64,000 nt of DNA, taken from NCBI GenBank assembly GCA_963786105.1, contig CAWAXX010000001.1, forward strand, positions 57,473 through 121,472, in the 5' to 3' direction. The DNA is from Vulcanimicrobiota bacterium (GTDB lineage Bacteria > Vulcanimicrobiota > Vulcanimicrobiia > Vulcanimicrobiales > Vulcanimicrobiaceae). Positions 42,947-52,528 of the stretch are shown piece by piece; the first letter of the stretch is position 1; every line of letters begins with the position of its first letter. The notes below the pieces were generated by a model. It was not told the DNA's origin, made no database searches, and saw only the letters and a program-made list of their open reading frames with translations. The position numbers and the translations under genes are program-made.

Positions 42947-44776
42947 TTATCCGACCAAAAACTGCCCCTCGCCCGGTCGCACGCGATCCGCAAAATCGGC
43001 CAGTGCCCGTTGGACGCGGCTCTCCACGCCGGAGCGATGTCGCGCACTCGCGATCGCCAAAAAGAACGGACGAACGATTTCGGCGACGTCGTCCGTGAAG
43101 CGCAAGACGAACTGTACGAAAGCTCGCGAGTCGTCGCCCAGACGATCCGCTGCCTCGCTTGCATATCTTGGAGACTCGGTCAGGCCGGCGACGTACCGTC
43201 CTAGGTGTTTGAGATAGGCTCGAGCGGTGGCCGCCTCGCCGTTCGGCTCCATGCCGAGCTGCGGTATTGCAGCCACCAGGCCGGCGTAGACGACGTCGGC
43301 GGCATCGCGCTCGAACGAGCCGAGTACCGGGACGTCGGCTCGATCGCCGTCTCGCGGAAACAAATCGCACGCAGCGAACTGGTCGCGCGTTGCCAAGAGG
43401 TGGGAAAGCGCTTTCAAGTACCATTCCCGCCGCGTTTGCGCATCGTCATCGAAAGTCGCGCCGATGGTCGCCGCGGCACGCGCGGCTACTCCTTCGAAGC
43501 CGGAAAGAAGGCAGTGGCGATAGGCTTGCTCGGCGCAGGTTCTGGCGCGTTCGACGAACCCATCGTCGCGCAAGTGTCGAGCGCTTTCGACGTTCGCCCG
43601 TACGCGATCCCAGGCAGCGCCGTCGAGGGGGTCGAGGGCGTTGCCGCACGTCCACGGTTTGCTTAAGCGTATCCGCGCGCGAGCGATCGTTACGAGACAA
43701 CCGTACGAGTCGTAGTGACGGCCGCGCAGCACGAGGTAGGCCCCCGACGCCAGGCGCTCCGCCAGAATATCGTCGCCTCGCAAAAGCGCGATCTCGGCCC
43801 GGAGGGCGGTGGTCGAGGCCAGTTGACCGATAGCGGACGTCTGCAAATTGAGGCGTTCGGCCGCATCGAGCAGCTCGGTTGCCTCTCGGGCCTTACCTAA
43901 GCGAAGGCACGATTCGGCTTGCGCAAGTAGCGCGCGCGAGCGCCAGCCGGCTCGATCCTGTGCGATACGCCGGAGATTGCCTGCGACGCGGGACATCTCG
44001 GCCGCATTCCCGTGGTGGCGCGCGCGCAAGAACGTGAGCCACTCCAGTTCGTATAACGCTTCTGAATCGTACGCGATATCGCGGGCGCGATCGGTAAGGA
44101 CTGCGCGCAGCGCTTCCTTCGCTTCGCGCTCTTTTCCGTTAATCTGTTTAGATTGCGCGTGCAGGACGGCGAGCAGCGAACGCGAGGGCGCGGACCGCGC
44201 TTCCTCCGGCAGATCGCCGAGCTCGTTTCCGGCTTCGAGGCGGGAGCGGACTTCGAGCAGCTCCGCGCGAGAAACCGAATCGGGGCCGGCAAATCGGCAA
44301 AGCCGCGCCGCCGCACCTGGCTCGAATGTCGAGATCATCTCGGCGAGGATATCGAGCGGGTCGGCGAGGCTCTCGCCTTGCGTGGTCGCAAATGCGACCG
44401 ATTTAACCAACTCGCGAATGTGCGCCGCAAGAATCGAAACCGCTTGCGCGCGGTACCGCTGCAGATGGCGCCGCGATACCTGCAGCCGTGCGGCGGATTC
44501 CGTTCGAGAGAGGTGCGCGTCCAGATCGGAAGAGAGGATGAGCTCGCGTAGGTGCACCTCGTGCGGCGCATTCTTGAAGGCCGCCTCGACGACGTGTCTC
44601 AACGCCAACTGCGCGTTCGCAATTCCGGTTGCCCGGCACAGGGCCTGCGCGAGTGGAAACGCGGCGAGGCGATATGAGTCGACGCTTCGGCGAAGCAAGC
44701 GCCGAACTAGAGCTTCCATGTTTTGTTGATCGCGAGCCTCGCGCTCGCTCGGCGCAAGTTGAAGCGGCGGCGTCAC
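42947..44776 (-). CDS. Hypothetical protein with N-terminal HTH-like segment and alpha-helical/TPR-like repeats (putative regulator); start uncertain
   Basis: SRTESAARLQVSRRHLQRYR HTH-like segment; Ala/Leu/Arg-rich helical repeats; GTG at 44776 follows a TATACT -10-like box (alternative ATG at 44719). Confidence 0.6.
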   Translation of the reverse strand: MTPPLQLAPSEREARDQQNMEALVRRLLRRSVDSYRLAAFPLAQALCRATGIANAQLALRHVVEAAFKNAPHEVHLRELILSSDLDAHLSRTESAARLQVSRRHLQRYRAQAVSILAAHIRELVKSVAFATTQGESLADPLDILAEMISTFEPGAAARLCRFAGPDSVSRAELLEVRSRLEAGNELGDLPEEARSAPSRSLLAVLHAQSKQINGKEREAKEALRAVLTDRARDIAYDSEALYELEWLTFLRARHHGNAAEMSRVAGNLRRIAQDRAGWRSRALLAQAESCLRLGKAREATELLDAAERLNLQTSAIGQLASTTALRAEIALLRGDDILAERLASGAYLVLRGRHYDSYGCLVTIARARIRLSKPWTCGNALDPLDGAAWDRVRANVESARHLRDDGFVERARTCAEQAYRHCLLSGFEGVAARAAATIGATFDDDAQTRREWYLKALSHLLATRDQFAACDLFPRDGDRADVPVLGSFERDAADVVYAGLVAAIPQLGMEPNGEAATARAYLKHLGRYVAGLTESPRYASEAADRLGDDSRAFVQFVLRFTDDVAEIVRPFFLAIASARHRSGVESRVQRALADFADRVRPGEGQFLVG

Positions 44777-44810
44777 GACCTCAGTATAGCGGCGCAATGC
44801 GAGTTCGTCC

Positions 44811-44848
44811 TCAAATCCTATCAAGTCGTCGCATTTGAACTCTTTTGA
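44811..44848. promoter_or_regulatory. Inverted pair of tandem TCAA/TTGA boxes (putative operator)
   Basis: TCAAATCCTATCAA-N10-TTGAACTCTTTTGA between divergent genes. Confidence 0.55.
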
Positions 44849-45005
44849 TTTGGCGATGCCGGTATTGCCTCTTATTAAAACTGACGAGTTTATGCCAGGG
44901 CGTTCCCATCTGATAGGGCTGAAGAACTAGACACCGTGAAGCGCCGGATCACGTGCCGCAAAAACGGTGCGACATCTCAAACGTGTCACTGGAGGAACCA
45001 TACGC

Positions 45006-48000
45006 ATGAAACGAATGTCGTTGACGCGTTCACTGGTTGCCCTGACGACGTTGCTTTCGATACTCATCGGCCAGGTAACATGGGCACTGGCCGGCACAAC
45101 CGGAGGTATCGCAGGCTTCGTTAAAGACGGCAGCACCGGTGCGGCGATCGCCGACGCGCGAATACGCGCCGTGTCGCCGTCGCAGACGGCAACCGCTACG
45201 ACGGACGCGGGAGGGCACTTCATCATCCTCTCGCTCGCACCCGATACTTACACGCTCAACGTAACCAAACAAGGATATCAGGAGGTCGCTCTTCCGGGCG
45301 AGGTAGTCTTTGCCGACCAGACTCAGCAAGTCGCCATCACCGTGTCGAAAGCACTTCAAACTATCGCACACGTGACTTCGCAGGGCGGCGGCAACCTCGT
45401 GAAGTCCGGCGTTGGGAGCGATCTCTACAACGTTACCGCCGCCCAAGCCGCCGCCGCCTCCGCATTGGGCGGTGGCAGTAACTTGAACAACGCCTACTCG
45501 GCCCTGGCAACCGTGCCGGGCGTTCAAGTCAACATCGGCGGTGCCGGCTGGAATTTCAACGCTTCGTACGTTCGCGGACAGAACCAATTTTACACCGGCT
45601 ACGAATACGACGGTATTCCGATCAACCGCGCATTCGATAACTACAATGGCTCGATTGAGTCGAATCTTGGCTTGCAGGAACTGCAGGTCTACACGGGCGG
45701 CGGTCCGGCTTCGGTCGCGAGCGCCGGTACGGCCGGATTCATCAATCAAGTTATCAAGACCGGTACGTTCCCCGGGTTTGCGATGGCCGATTTGGGCGTC
45801 GCCGCCAACGCGTTCTACCACGCGGCGTCAGTCGAGGTGGGCGGCGCGACCCCGGACCGGAACTTCAGCTACTACGCCGCCTTCAGCGGCAACAACCAGG
45901 CATTCCGTTTCCTCGATGGCCAAAACGGCGCGAGCCTAATGACGCCGGGTGGCATCTACTCAGGTCCGACGCTGGGCTTGGCTCCCAGCTACAACGCCTG
46001 TACCACGGGGCAAACCGGGTGCATGGGCGATAAGGCATCCTGCCCCTTGAATCAGTTTCCGCTGAACGGAGCCCCCGCTCAAGGCTGCTGGATCTATTAC
46101 AGTGGCCTCTCGGCATTTCCGTCGTTGATTACCGATCGTGAGGACGTCATCAACTTTCACGTCGGCATCCCCAAGAAGAACGGTCTGCGCGACGACGTTC
46201 AACTATTGTGGAGTGCGTCCGCGCTCAACAACTACACCTACAGCTCGCCGAACGACATCGGCACGAGCGTCAACCAGTTCGCGTGGGATGAGGGCTTCGC
46301 GCCGTATGCCGCACCGACGTGCAATCAAACGATCGCTTTCCCGGTGGGCCTTACGGTCAAGGGCTGCGTTCCGACAGGCGCGACGTACTATCCGGCGTAC
46401 GCCGACAACATCGCTTACAATCTGCCATTCGGAACGACCATCTCAACCGGCTCCGGGCACACCACCCTTCCGAGCATCTATCAAGCGCCGGGCACTCCGC
46501 CGCACTCGTTTAACGGCCAGATTCCGCTGTACGACCAGTCGCTCACCCCAGTGTCGAACGATACCGGCGTGACGAAGCTGCAGTACACGTATGCGCTCAG
46601 TTCGTCCGCGTATTTGCGCGCGTACGGATACACGCTCTACTCCGACTGGCAACAAGAATCGCCCCTGTTCGGCGGGACAGATCAAGGCGTTCCGTCGGTT
46701 CCCGCGGCCGAGTACCTGCTGTTCACGCACACCGCGGGCGGCGCGCTGGAATTCAACGATCAGATCGACGACCAAAATCTGGTCGGCGCAAACTTCAACT
46801 ACACGACCGCCGGCGTCACGCGGTTCAATAACTCGTCGGCATATGCGTCCTGCCTCAGCGGTTCGGGATGTTCGCCTATCGGCTACATCTCGCGCAATGG
46901 CGCGAGCGGCACAACCTGCCACGACGCGCACGATGGGAAGGCCGTGCCCTGTCTCTCCAGCACGTACTTCGACGTCGGGCTCGGGACGCTGGTTCACCCA
47001 AATGCCGTCTTCACCGGCACGTCGGGTAGTTGCGACACGGGAAGCAACCCGACGCCGTGCGGCTGGGTTAGCAACGCGATCAACGGCCCGACGGGGTATG
47101 GGAAAGCCTCCGGAGCGGCGTGGGCCACCCTCTGGAGTGGCAACGCGAACGGCTCGCTGAACAACGTCGGGCCGCGGTTCACCAATGCCTCGCTTAGCGA
47201 CCAGTGGCGCCCGAACGACAAGCTGCTGATCAACGCTGCGCTGCGCTACGACAACTTCACGTACAACCTACCGGATTCGGCGGGCGCTGCAACCCAGTTC
47301 TACGCCAATCAAACGGCCAATTATACGTGCGTTTTTGCGGCAACGAACCAAGTACTGCTCCTGCCGCTGCCTCCGGGCGTACCGCCGCCTGCTCCCGCGC
47401 TGTACGTCAATGGCGACTGTAACGCCGCCGTGACGGCGCTGTTGCCGACCGCGCCGCACCACGGCTGGGTTCATCCTAACGGAAAGACGCAGGACGGCGT
47501 CGCCGCCCCGAACTTCACGGCGGCTTCACCGGGCTCGTACAGCCTGAACTACTGGCAGCCGCGTTTCTCGGCCACGTACACGCAGAATCCGGATACCGTT
47601 TGGCGCGCGTCCGCCGGCCGGTTCACGCAGCCGCCGATCTCGGCGTCGGTTCAGTATCTCGCTTCGTCGGGCGACGACCGCTCGGTCTGGAACAATACGA
47701 TGAACCTCGGGTTCTACTCGCCGTTCCACCCGATTCCGGGCATCTCGTCGGCGCAGTACGATCTGTCGTTAGAGAAGCATCTCCACGGAACCGACATGAG
47801 CTTCAAGCTCACGCCGTTTTATACGTGGGTCAACCAGTGGCAACAGCAAACGTTCATCGGCGCCGGCTTCGTGACGCAAGTCCCGGTCGGCGTCAACCGG
47901 AACTACGGCCTCGAGTTTCAGTTCAACAAGGGTGACTTCAGCCGGAACGGATTCTCCGGGCAGTTTTCCTTCACGTACACCAACTCGAAGGTGCAGTTCC

Positions 48001-48977
48001 AGAACGAGGGGCTGAGCACGGGCGGTACGATTCCCAACACGACGATCGCGCTCAACCAGGTCATCGCCCAATACAACGCGCTGACCAAGAGCGGGGGCGG
48101 CTCGCCGTGCTACGTTAACGGCAACCCGGCTTCGTGCTCGTATGGCGGAACCAAACCGCCGCCGGGCCTGATCCGGAATCCTTATTACAACATGCCGTCA
48201 CAGGGAGAACTCGATCCCAACGGTTGGTACAATCCGTACACGACCGCGATTGCGCCCAATCTGAGCGGCGCGCTGACGTCGTATATCTCGCCGGCGGTTG
48301 CTTCGCTGATCCTCAACTACCGGCACGACAAGTGGGCGATCACGCCCAGCTTCCAATGGCAAGCGGGCGGCTTCTACGGCAGTCCGCTCGACGTCAACGG
48401 ATACGACCCACGCGCGTGCGCGTTCAACTCCGCCAACAGTAGTGCGAATGCCAGCCCGGGCGCGCCGGGAAGCGGGCCGACCATCACGCAACTGTCGCCG
48501 AAAACCAATCCACTGCAGTGTAACTACCTGTCGACGACGGCTCCCGGATTGGGACAGTTCGGCTACCTCTACATCCCCGATCCACAGACGGGCCACTTCT
48601 CAGCACTGGGATCGTACGAAAACCCGAGCCTGATCACCGGAAACGTCCAGATCACCTACGACGTGTCGCCGAAGATCACGCTCACCGGAACGTTCACGAA
48701 TATCTTCCACACCTGTTTCGGAGGTTCGTCCGAACCGTGGACGTCGGCGTTCGCACCGGGTTCGAACACGTGCGGATACTTGCCCGCCGGAGGCGTGTTG
48801 AACAGCACGATCTACCCCTCGAACTTCTACAACGGAACTGGAATCGGCGATCGTGCCGCAAACAAAGTCGTGACGCCGTTTACCCAGAGCTACTACCCAT
48901 CAACGCTGAATAACGGCGGCCTCGCCGTAACCCTCCAGCCTTTCAACTTCTTCATCAACGCGCAGATAAAGATCTAG
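45006..48977 (+). CDS. TonB-dependent receptor-like outer-membrane protein with carboxypeptidase-regulatory-like N-domain
   Basis: GGAGG RBS; signal peptide; AGTTGGIAG N-domain, plug-like region (VPGVQ, YVRG, YDGIPIN), barrel strands (ALRYD, QPRFSATY), C-terminal FFINAQIKI. Confidence 0.85.
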   Translation: MKRMSLTRSLVALTTLLSILIGQVTWALAGTTGGIAGFVKDGSTGAAIADARIRAVSPSQTATATTDAGGHFIILSLAPDTYTLNVTKQGYQEVALPGEVVFADQTQQVAITVSKALQTIAHVTSQGGGNLVKSGVGSDLYNVTAAQAAAASALGGGSNLNNAYSALATVPGVQVNIGGAGWNFNASYVRGQNQFYTGYEYDGIPINRAFDNYNGSIESNLGLQELQVYTGGGPASVASAGTAGFINQVIKTGTFPGFAMADLGVAANAFYHAASVEVGGATPDRNFSYYAAFSGNNQAFRFLDGQNGASLMTPGGIYSGPTLGLAPSYNACTTGQTGCMGDKASCPLNQFPLNGAPAQGCWIYYSGLSAFPSLITDREDVINFHVGIPKKNGLRDDVQLLWSASALNNYTYSSPNDIGTSVNQFAWDEGFAPYAAPTCNQTIAFPVGLTVKGCVPTGATYYPAYADNIAYNLPFGTTISTGSGHTTLPSIYQAPGTPPHSFNGQIPLYDQSLTPVSNDTGVTKLQYTYALSSSAYLRAYGYTLYSDWQQESPLFGGTDQGVPSVPAAEYLLFTHTAGGALEFNDQIDDQNLVGANFNYTTAGVTRFNNSSAYASCLSGSGCSPIGYISRNGASGTTCHDAHDGKAVPCLSSTYFDVGLGTLVHPNAVFTGTSGSCDTGSNPTPCGWVSNAINGPTGYGKASGAAWATLWSGNANGSLNNVGPRFTNASLSDQWRPNDKLLINAALRYDNFTYNLPDSAGAATQFYANQTANYTCVFAATNQVLLLPLPPGVPPPAPALYVNGDCNAAVTALLPTAPHHGWVHPNGKTQDGVAAPNFTAASPGSYSLNYWQPRFSATYTQNPDTVWRASAGRFTQPPISASVQYLASSGDDRSVWNNTMNLGFYSPFHPIPGISSAQYDLSLEKHLHGTDMSFKLTPFYTWVNQWQQQTFIGAGFVTQVPVGVNRNYGLEFQFNKGDFSRNGFSGQFSFTYTNSKVQFQNEGLSTGGTIPNTTIALNQVIAQYNALTKSGGGSPCYVNGNPASCSYGGTKPPPGLIRNPYYNMPSQGELDPNGWYNPYTTAIAPNLSGALTSYISPAVASLILNYRHDKWAITPSFQWQAGGFYGSPLDVNGYDPRACAFNSANSSANASPGAPGSGPTITQLSPKTNPLQCNYLSTTAPGLGQFGYLYIPDPQTGHFSALGSYENPSLITGNVQITYDVSPKITLTGTFTNIFHTCFGGSSEPWTSAFAPGSNTCGYLPAGGVLNSTIYPSNFYNGTGIGDRAANKVVTPFTQSYYPSTLNNGGLAVTLQPFNFFINAQIKI

Positions 48978-49012
48978 CGATAGTATCTTCGACGCGTCGA
49001 TAAACGAGTTGG

Positions 49013-49042
49013 TTGTGGGACCTCCAGGTGGAGGTCCCACAA
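49013..49042. terminator. Perfect 13-bp hairpin (bidirectional terminator or REP-type palindrome)
   Basis: TTGTGGGACCTCC-AGGT-GGAGGTCCCACAA. Confidence 0.7.
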
Positions 49043-49083
49043 TCGGGCCGGTATCATTCCGAGCGGAGCGTTTTGATTTTTCT

Positions 49084-49125
49084 TTATTGCATTGCAAGCA
49101 TAAGTGCGCCATGATATTGGTACAT
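49084..49125 (-). CDS. Putative 13-aa peptide MYQYHGALMLAMQ
   Basis: Minus strand GAGGAGG-GTTTAC-ATG...CAA TAA; hairpin downstream. Confidence 0.35.
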   Translation of the reverse strand: MYQYHGALMLAMQ

Positions 49126-49217
49126 GTAAACCCTCCTCAGGTAGACATGTCGCAAAGCTCCCGAGCCGGCGGCGCGGGGGTTTTGCCGTTTCCTGCATTG
49201 AACGCGTCGAACCGAAG

Positions 49218-49648
49218 ATGCGCACCTTGAAAGTCGTTTACGTGCTCGCCTTGTTCGTGTCAGCGATGGGAGTGAGCGGCCGAACGATAGGCGTGCAGGT
49301 CAAACCGAACCTGCCTCCGATCGACTCGCCGCTATCGATCCGGATTTCGAGAGTGGCTCCGCAAGCCGTCGTGCACGTCCTCGCGTCGACGACCGGTTCT
49401 GGCCGTCGGCGCTCATGGCCGAACAGATCGCCGAACGTTTGTCTCAATGCGGCCGGCTTGGCTCATTGACCAAGCTCGTCTATCCAAATGCCGGGCATCA
49501 AATCGTCATGCCGTTTGAGATGGTTAGCGCGGAGTTCGAACACGCAAGCCTCGCGCTCGGAGGAACCCCGGCCGCGAACGAAGCCGCCGACGCGGATGCA
49601 TGGCCACGCGTGGTCGCTTTTCTGCGGGCGGCTCTGACGATGCCCTGA
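49218..49648 (+). pseudogene. Internally deleted BAAT / acyl-CoA thioester hydrolase
   Basis: Signal plus N-domain-like start (PIDSPLSIRIS) joined out of frame to the C-terminus DDRFWPSALMAEQI...YPNAGH...GGTPAANEAA..DAW; no GxSxG. Confidence 0.7.
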
Positions 49649-49655
49649 CGAACCT

Positions 49656-51008
49656 TTAGCTGCGCAGGCTTGGAAGCTTCCGTAGCAGGGCGTGAAATCG
49701 CGGGTCGTCGCGAACCGCGCCGAAGAGCCTCGACAGGCCGGGTAAGAGAAGCATCAACGGCTCTCGCACGTTCATGGCCATCGCAAGCCGTTCGAGCGCT
49801 TTGTCGCGGAGATCGAGCGCGGCGAAAACGAGAGCGAAGTCCCAGTGCGATACGTACTGCGATTTCGCAAGCGCTTGCAGTTCGTCGAGAATTCCGGCGG
49901 CACCGGCTTTATCGCCGGCATCGACGTAGGCGCGGGCTAAAAGCGGTACTTCGGGACCGTTTCGCGGTACGCTTCGCAAATCGTCGATGGCGGAATCCGG
50001 CGAACCGGCGAACACGAAAGCAATGGCGCGCATCATCCGTGCCCACACGACATCGGGTTCGCTTTCGATCACGCTCGCGAAACACGAAATGGCTTGACGC
50101 AGATCGCCTCGGAACATGAGGCCGCGTCCTAAGATGAGTAGAAAGACCATCGACGCGGGCTCTAAAAGTAGCGCCTGCTCGGCTTCGACGATCGCGCGTT
50201 CGAACGCACCGGAGCACAGGTGAAACCATGCAATGTTATGCCGGACGAATAAAGACTGCGGGTTAAGATCGAGTGCGACTTCGAGGTTCGCCTTAGCGCC
50301 CGTAAAGTCCCAATCGCCAAACATGAGGATCTCGGAACGGAGCGCGTGGGCGGTTTCGGAGGTCGCATCGAGCTCGATGGCTTTCTCAACGGCGGCACGC
50401 GCGAGCGGGAACGCTTGCAAGGGCGGCACGTACGCGAACTCTCCAAGCATTGCATGAACGCGCGAGAGGCCGATCCAGGCGGGAGCGTAGCCCGAGTCGA
50501 GTTCGAGCGAGGCCGCAAAGAGCGAGAGCGCTTTGGCGAGATCCGCAGCGGTGCGCTTTTCGAGAAAGTGGCTAGCTTTGCAGTAGACGTTAAAACTTTC
50601 GAAGCGATTATCGAGAAGAGCTCCGCCAATGCTTGCGGCGTTGTCGGATAGCACGTCGGAGTCGGAACGAACGATCGTCGAACTGCGTAGCGTTAAGCGA
50701 TACCCTTCGCGGGGGATCGTTAGAATGTAGGGGTGGGACGTACCCTCGTCGCCTAAAAATTTGCGCAAAAGGAAGATATGCTGCGCGAGGTTTCCGTCCG
50801 ACACGCTTTCTTCGGGCCAAACGCGCGAAAAGAACGCCTCCTTGTCGACCACCTTGCCGTTAGCCTGGAGCAGCAACAAGAGAATGCGAAAAAGCTTCTC
50901 GGGCATCGTGCGGACGTCGCTGCCCGACAGTAACACCCGTCTGTGCGTATCCAGTCGAAAGTGCCCAAAGCTGTACGTCGTCACGGTGCGCAGTCCGCTT
51001 TCAAGCAT
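49656..51008 (-). CDS. Winged helix-turn-helix (OmpR/CadC-type DNA-binding domain) plus TPR regulator
   Basis: YSFGHFRLD, VWPEESVSDGNLAQHIFLLRK.L, TIPREGYRL; TPR region; C-terminal DDPRF. Confidence 0.88.
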   Translation of the reverse strand: MLESGLRTVTTYSFGHFRLDTHRRVLLSGSDVRTMPEKLFRILLLLLQANGKVVDKEAFFSRVWPEESVSDGNLAQHIFLLRKFLGDEGTSHPYILTIPREGYRLTLRSSTIVRSDSDVLSDNAASIGGALLDNRFESFNVYCKASHFLEKRTAADLAKALSLFAASLELDSGYAPAWIGLSRVHAMLGEFAYVPPLQAFPLARAAVEKAIELDATSETAHALRSEILMFGDWDFTGAKANLEVALDLNPQSLFVRHNIAWFHLCSGAFERAIVEAEQALLLEPASMVFLLILGRGLMFRGDLRQAISCFASVIESEPDVVWARMMRAIAFVFAGSPDSAIDDLRSVPRNGPEVPLLARAYVDAGDKAGAAGILDELQALAKSQYVSHWDFALVFAALDLRDKALERLAMAMNVREPLMLLLPGLSRLFGAVRDDPRFHALLRKLPSLRS

Positions 51009-51056
51009 TCCTAGGTCCTAGCCGGCCAAGCCGAGCGCGGCCTCTTCCGTCGGGCA

Positions 51057-51091
51057 TCAAATTATATCAACGTGATTTGAACGTTTTTTGA
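51057..51091. promoter_or_regulatory. Inverted pair of tandem TCAA/TTGA boxes (putative operator)
   Basis: TCAAATTATATCAA-N6-TTGAACGTTTTTTGA between the two divergent regulators. Confidence 0.6.
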
Positions 51092-51139
51092 AATGAGAAC
51101 TCATCGGGACGACGGTAGAATCGGAGCGAGGCTTTCGAT

Positions 51140-52522
51140 ATGCATGTATCCGTTGAGAACTTCGGGGATTCGTCACCCGGGCCGTATTCCGGGGTTTACC
51201 GGTTTGCGGACTTCCGTTTCGATGCCAATCGGCGGCTCCTCTTTCGGGCCGCGGACGTTACGCCCGTACCCGAACAGCTGGCCGTTTTGCTGATCTTGCT
51301 CGTCCAAGCAAACGGCGCAACCGTCGAAAAAGAAACCCTTGCCGTGCGGATCTGGCCTCATGAAGAAGTGAGTGATGGGAACCTGGCACAGCACGTCTAC
51401 TTGCTACGCAGGCTCTTAGGGGAGCGGGCGCGAGAGCGCTCCGTCATTTTGACCGTCCCGGGACGGGGATACCGATTTACGCTGCCGGTGGTCGTCGAGT
51501 CACCCAATGCCGCCGAAGCGCTCGCGTCCGCCGCCGATGGGATCGGCGAGATGCTCCTGCGCAGCGGCGTCGAGCCGTTCCGAAACTTTTGCCAAGGAAG
51601 TTTTCTCCTCGAAAAGCGAACGGCCCCGGCCTTTAGCGCGGCGATCGACTTCTTCGAGGCGTCGTTGCGGGCGGAACCCAACTACGTGCCGGCACTCCTC
51701 GGGCTCGCGCGATCCCATGCGTCGCTGGCCGAGTACTGGCACGCGCCTGGGCAACCCGCGTTCGAACGAGCAAAACGGGCGGTATCCCGCGTTCTCGAAC
51801 TCGATCCGTCGTCGTCGATCGCGCACGCCGTACGGTCCGAAATCCTGTGTTTCGCGGACTGGAATTGGAAAGGTGCGCGGGCGGAAATCGATCTGGCGAT
51901 GCGCCTCAATCCCGGCTCCACGTTCGTTCGAAACAACGCGGCCTGGCTGCACGTCTGCGCCGGGCGCTACCGCGAAGCCTTAACCGAGGCGCAACACGCT
52001 CTGACATTGGAGCCGTCTTCGCTACCTCTCCAGCTGCTGCTCGCCCGCGTCCTCGTTCACGACAGAGATTACCGCAACGCCGTCAGCATCATGTCGAACC
52101 TGTTGGACAGCGATCCGACGTTCTACATTGCACGACGCTACAGGGCACAAGCCTATCTGCTGCACGGGGACCCGGAAAAAGCCCTCGAGGATATCGAGCT
52201 CCTGCCGCGCGAAGCGTCGGAAGCCCCGAGCTTTCGTTTGCCGATGCTCGGTCGCGCGTACGCCGATCTCGGCGACACCGAGCGCGCAACTACGGCGTAC
52301 CGGCAGTTGCAACAGATGTCTCGAGCGCAGTTCGTGGTGGGATGGAACCTCGCGATCGTCGCGGCGGGAGTTGGCCGCAAAGACGAAGCGATCGGGTATC
52401 TCGAAAAGGCATTCGTCGATCGCGAGTGCAGCCTGCTCTTCCTCAAGAGCCTTCCGTGGTTTGAAAACCTCGCCGACCTTCCGCGATTCCAAGCCATCGC
52501 GCGTGCGGCGCAGCCGGGGTAA
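51140..52522 (+). CDS. Winged helix-turn-helix plus TPR regulator (paralog of 49656-51008)
   Basis: YRFADFRFD, IWPHEEVSDGNLAQHVYLLRRLL, TVPGRGYRF; LEKRTA and HAVRSEIL shared with the paralog. Confidence 0.88.
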   Translation: MHVSVENFGDSSPGPYSGVYRFADFRFDANRRLLFRAADVTPVPEQLAVLLILLVQANGATVEKETLAVRIWPHEEVSDGNLAQHVYLLRRLLGERARERSVILTVPGRGYRFTLPVVVESPNAAEALASAADGIGEMLLRSGVEPFRNFCQGSFLLEKRTAPAFSAAIDFFEASLRAEPNYVPALLGLARSHASLAEYWHAPGQPAFERAKRAVSRVLELDPSSSIAHAVRSEILCFADWNWKGARAEIDLAMRLNPGSTFVRNNAAWLHVCAGRYREALTEAQHALTLEPSSLPLQLLLARVLVHDRDYRNAVSIMSNLLDSDPTFYIARRYRAQAYLLHGDPEKALEDIELLPREASEAPSFRLPMLGRAYADLGDTERATTAYRQLQQMSRAQFVVGWNLAIVAAGVGRKDEAIGYLEKAFVDRECSLLFLKSLPWFENLADLPRFQAIARAAQPG

Positions 52523-52528
52523 CGCGAA

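Noticed and set aside
49073..49087. TTGATTTTTCTTTAT as a seventh operator copy
   Set aside because: The second half-site is degenerate, so it was not counted.
48900..49112. 70-aa minus-strand ORF MAHLCLQCNKEK
   Set aside because: It runs through the hairpin into the receptor 3' end, and the RBS is correctly spaced for the ATG at 49125 instead.
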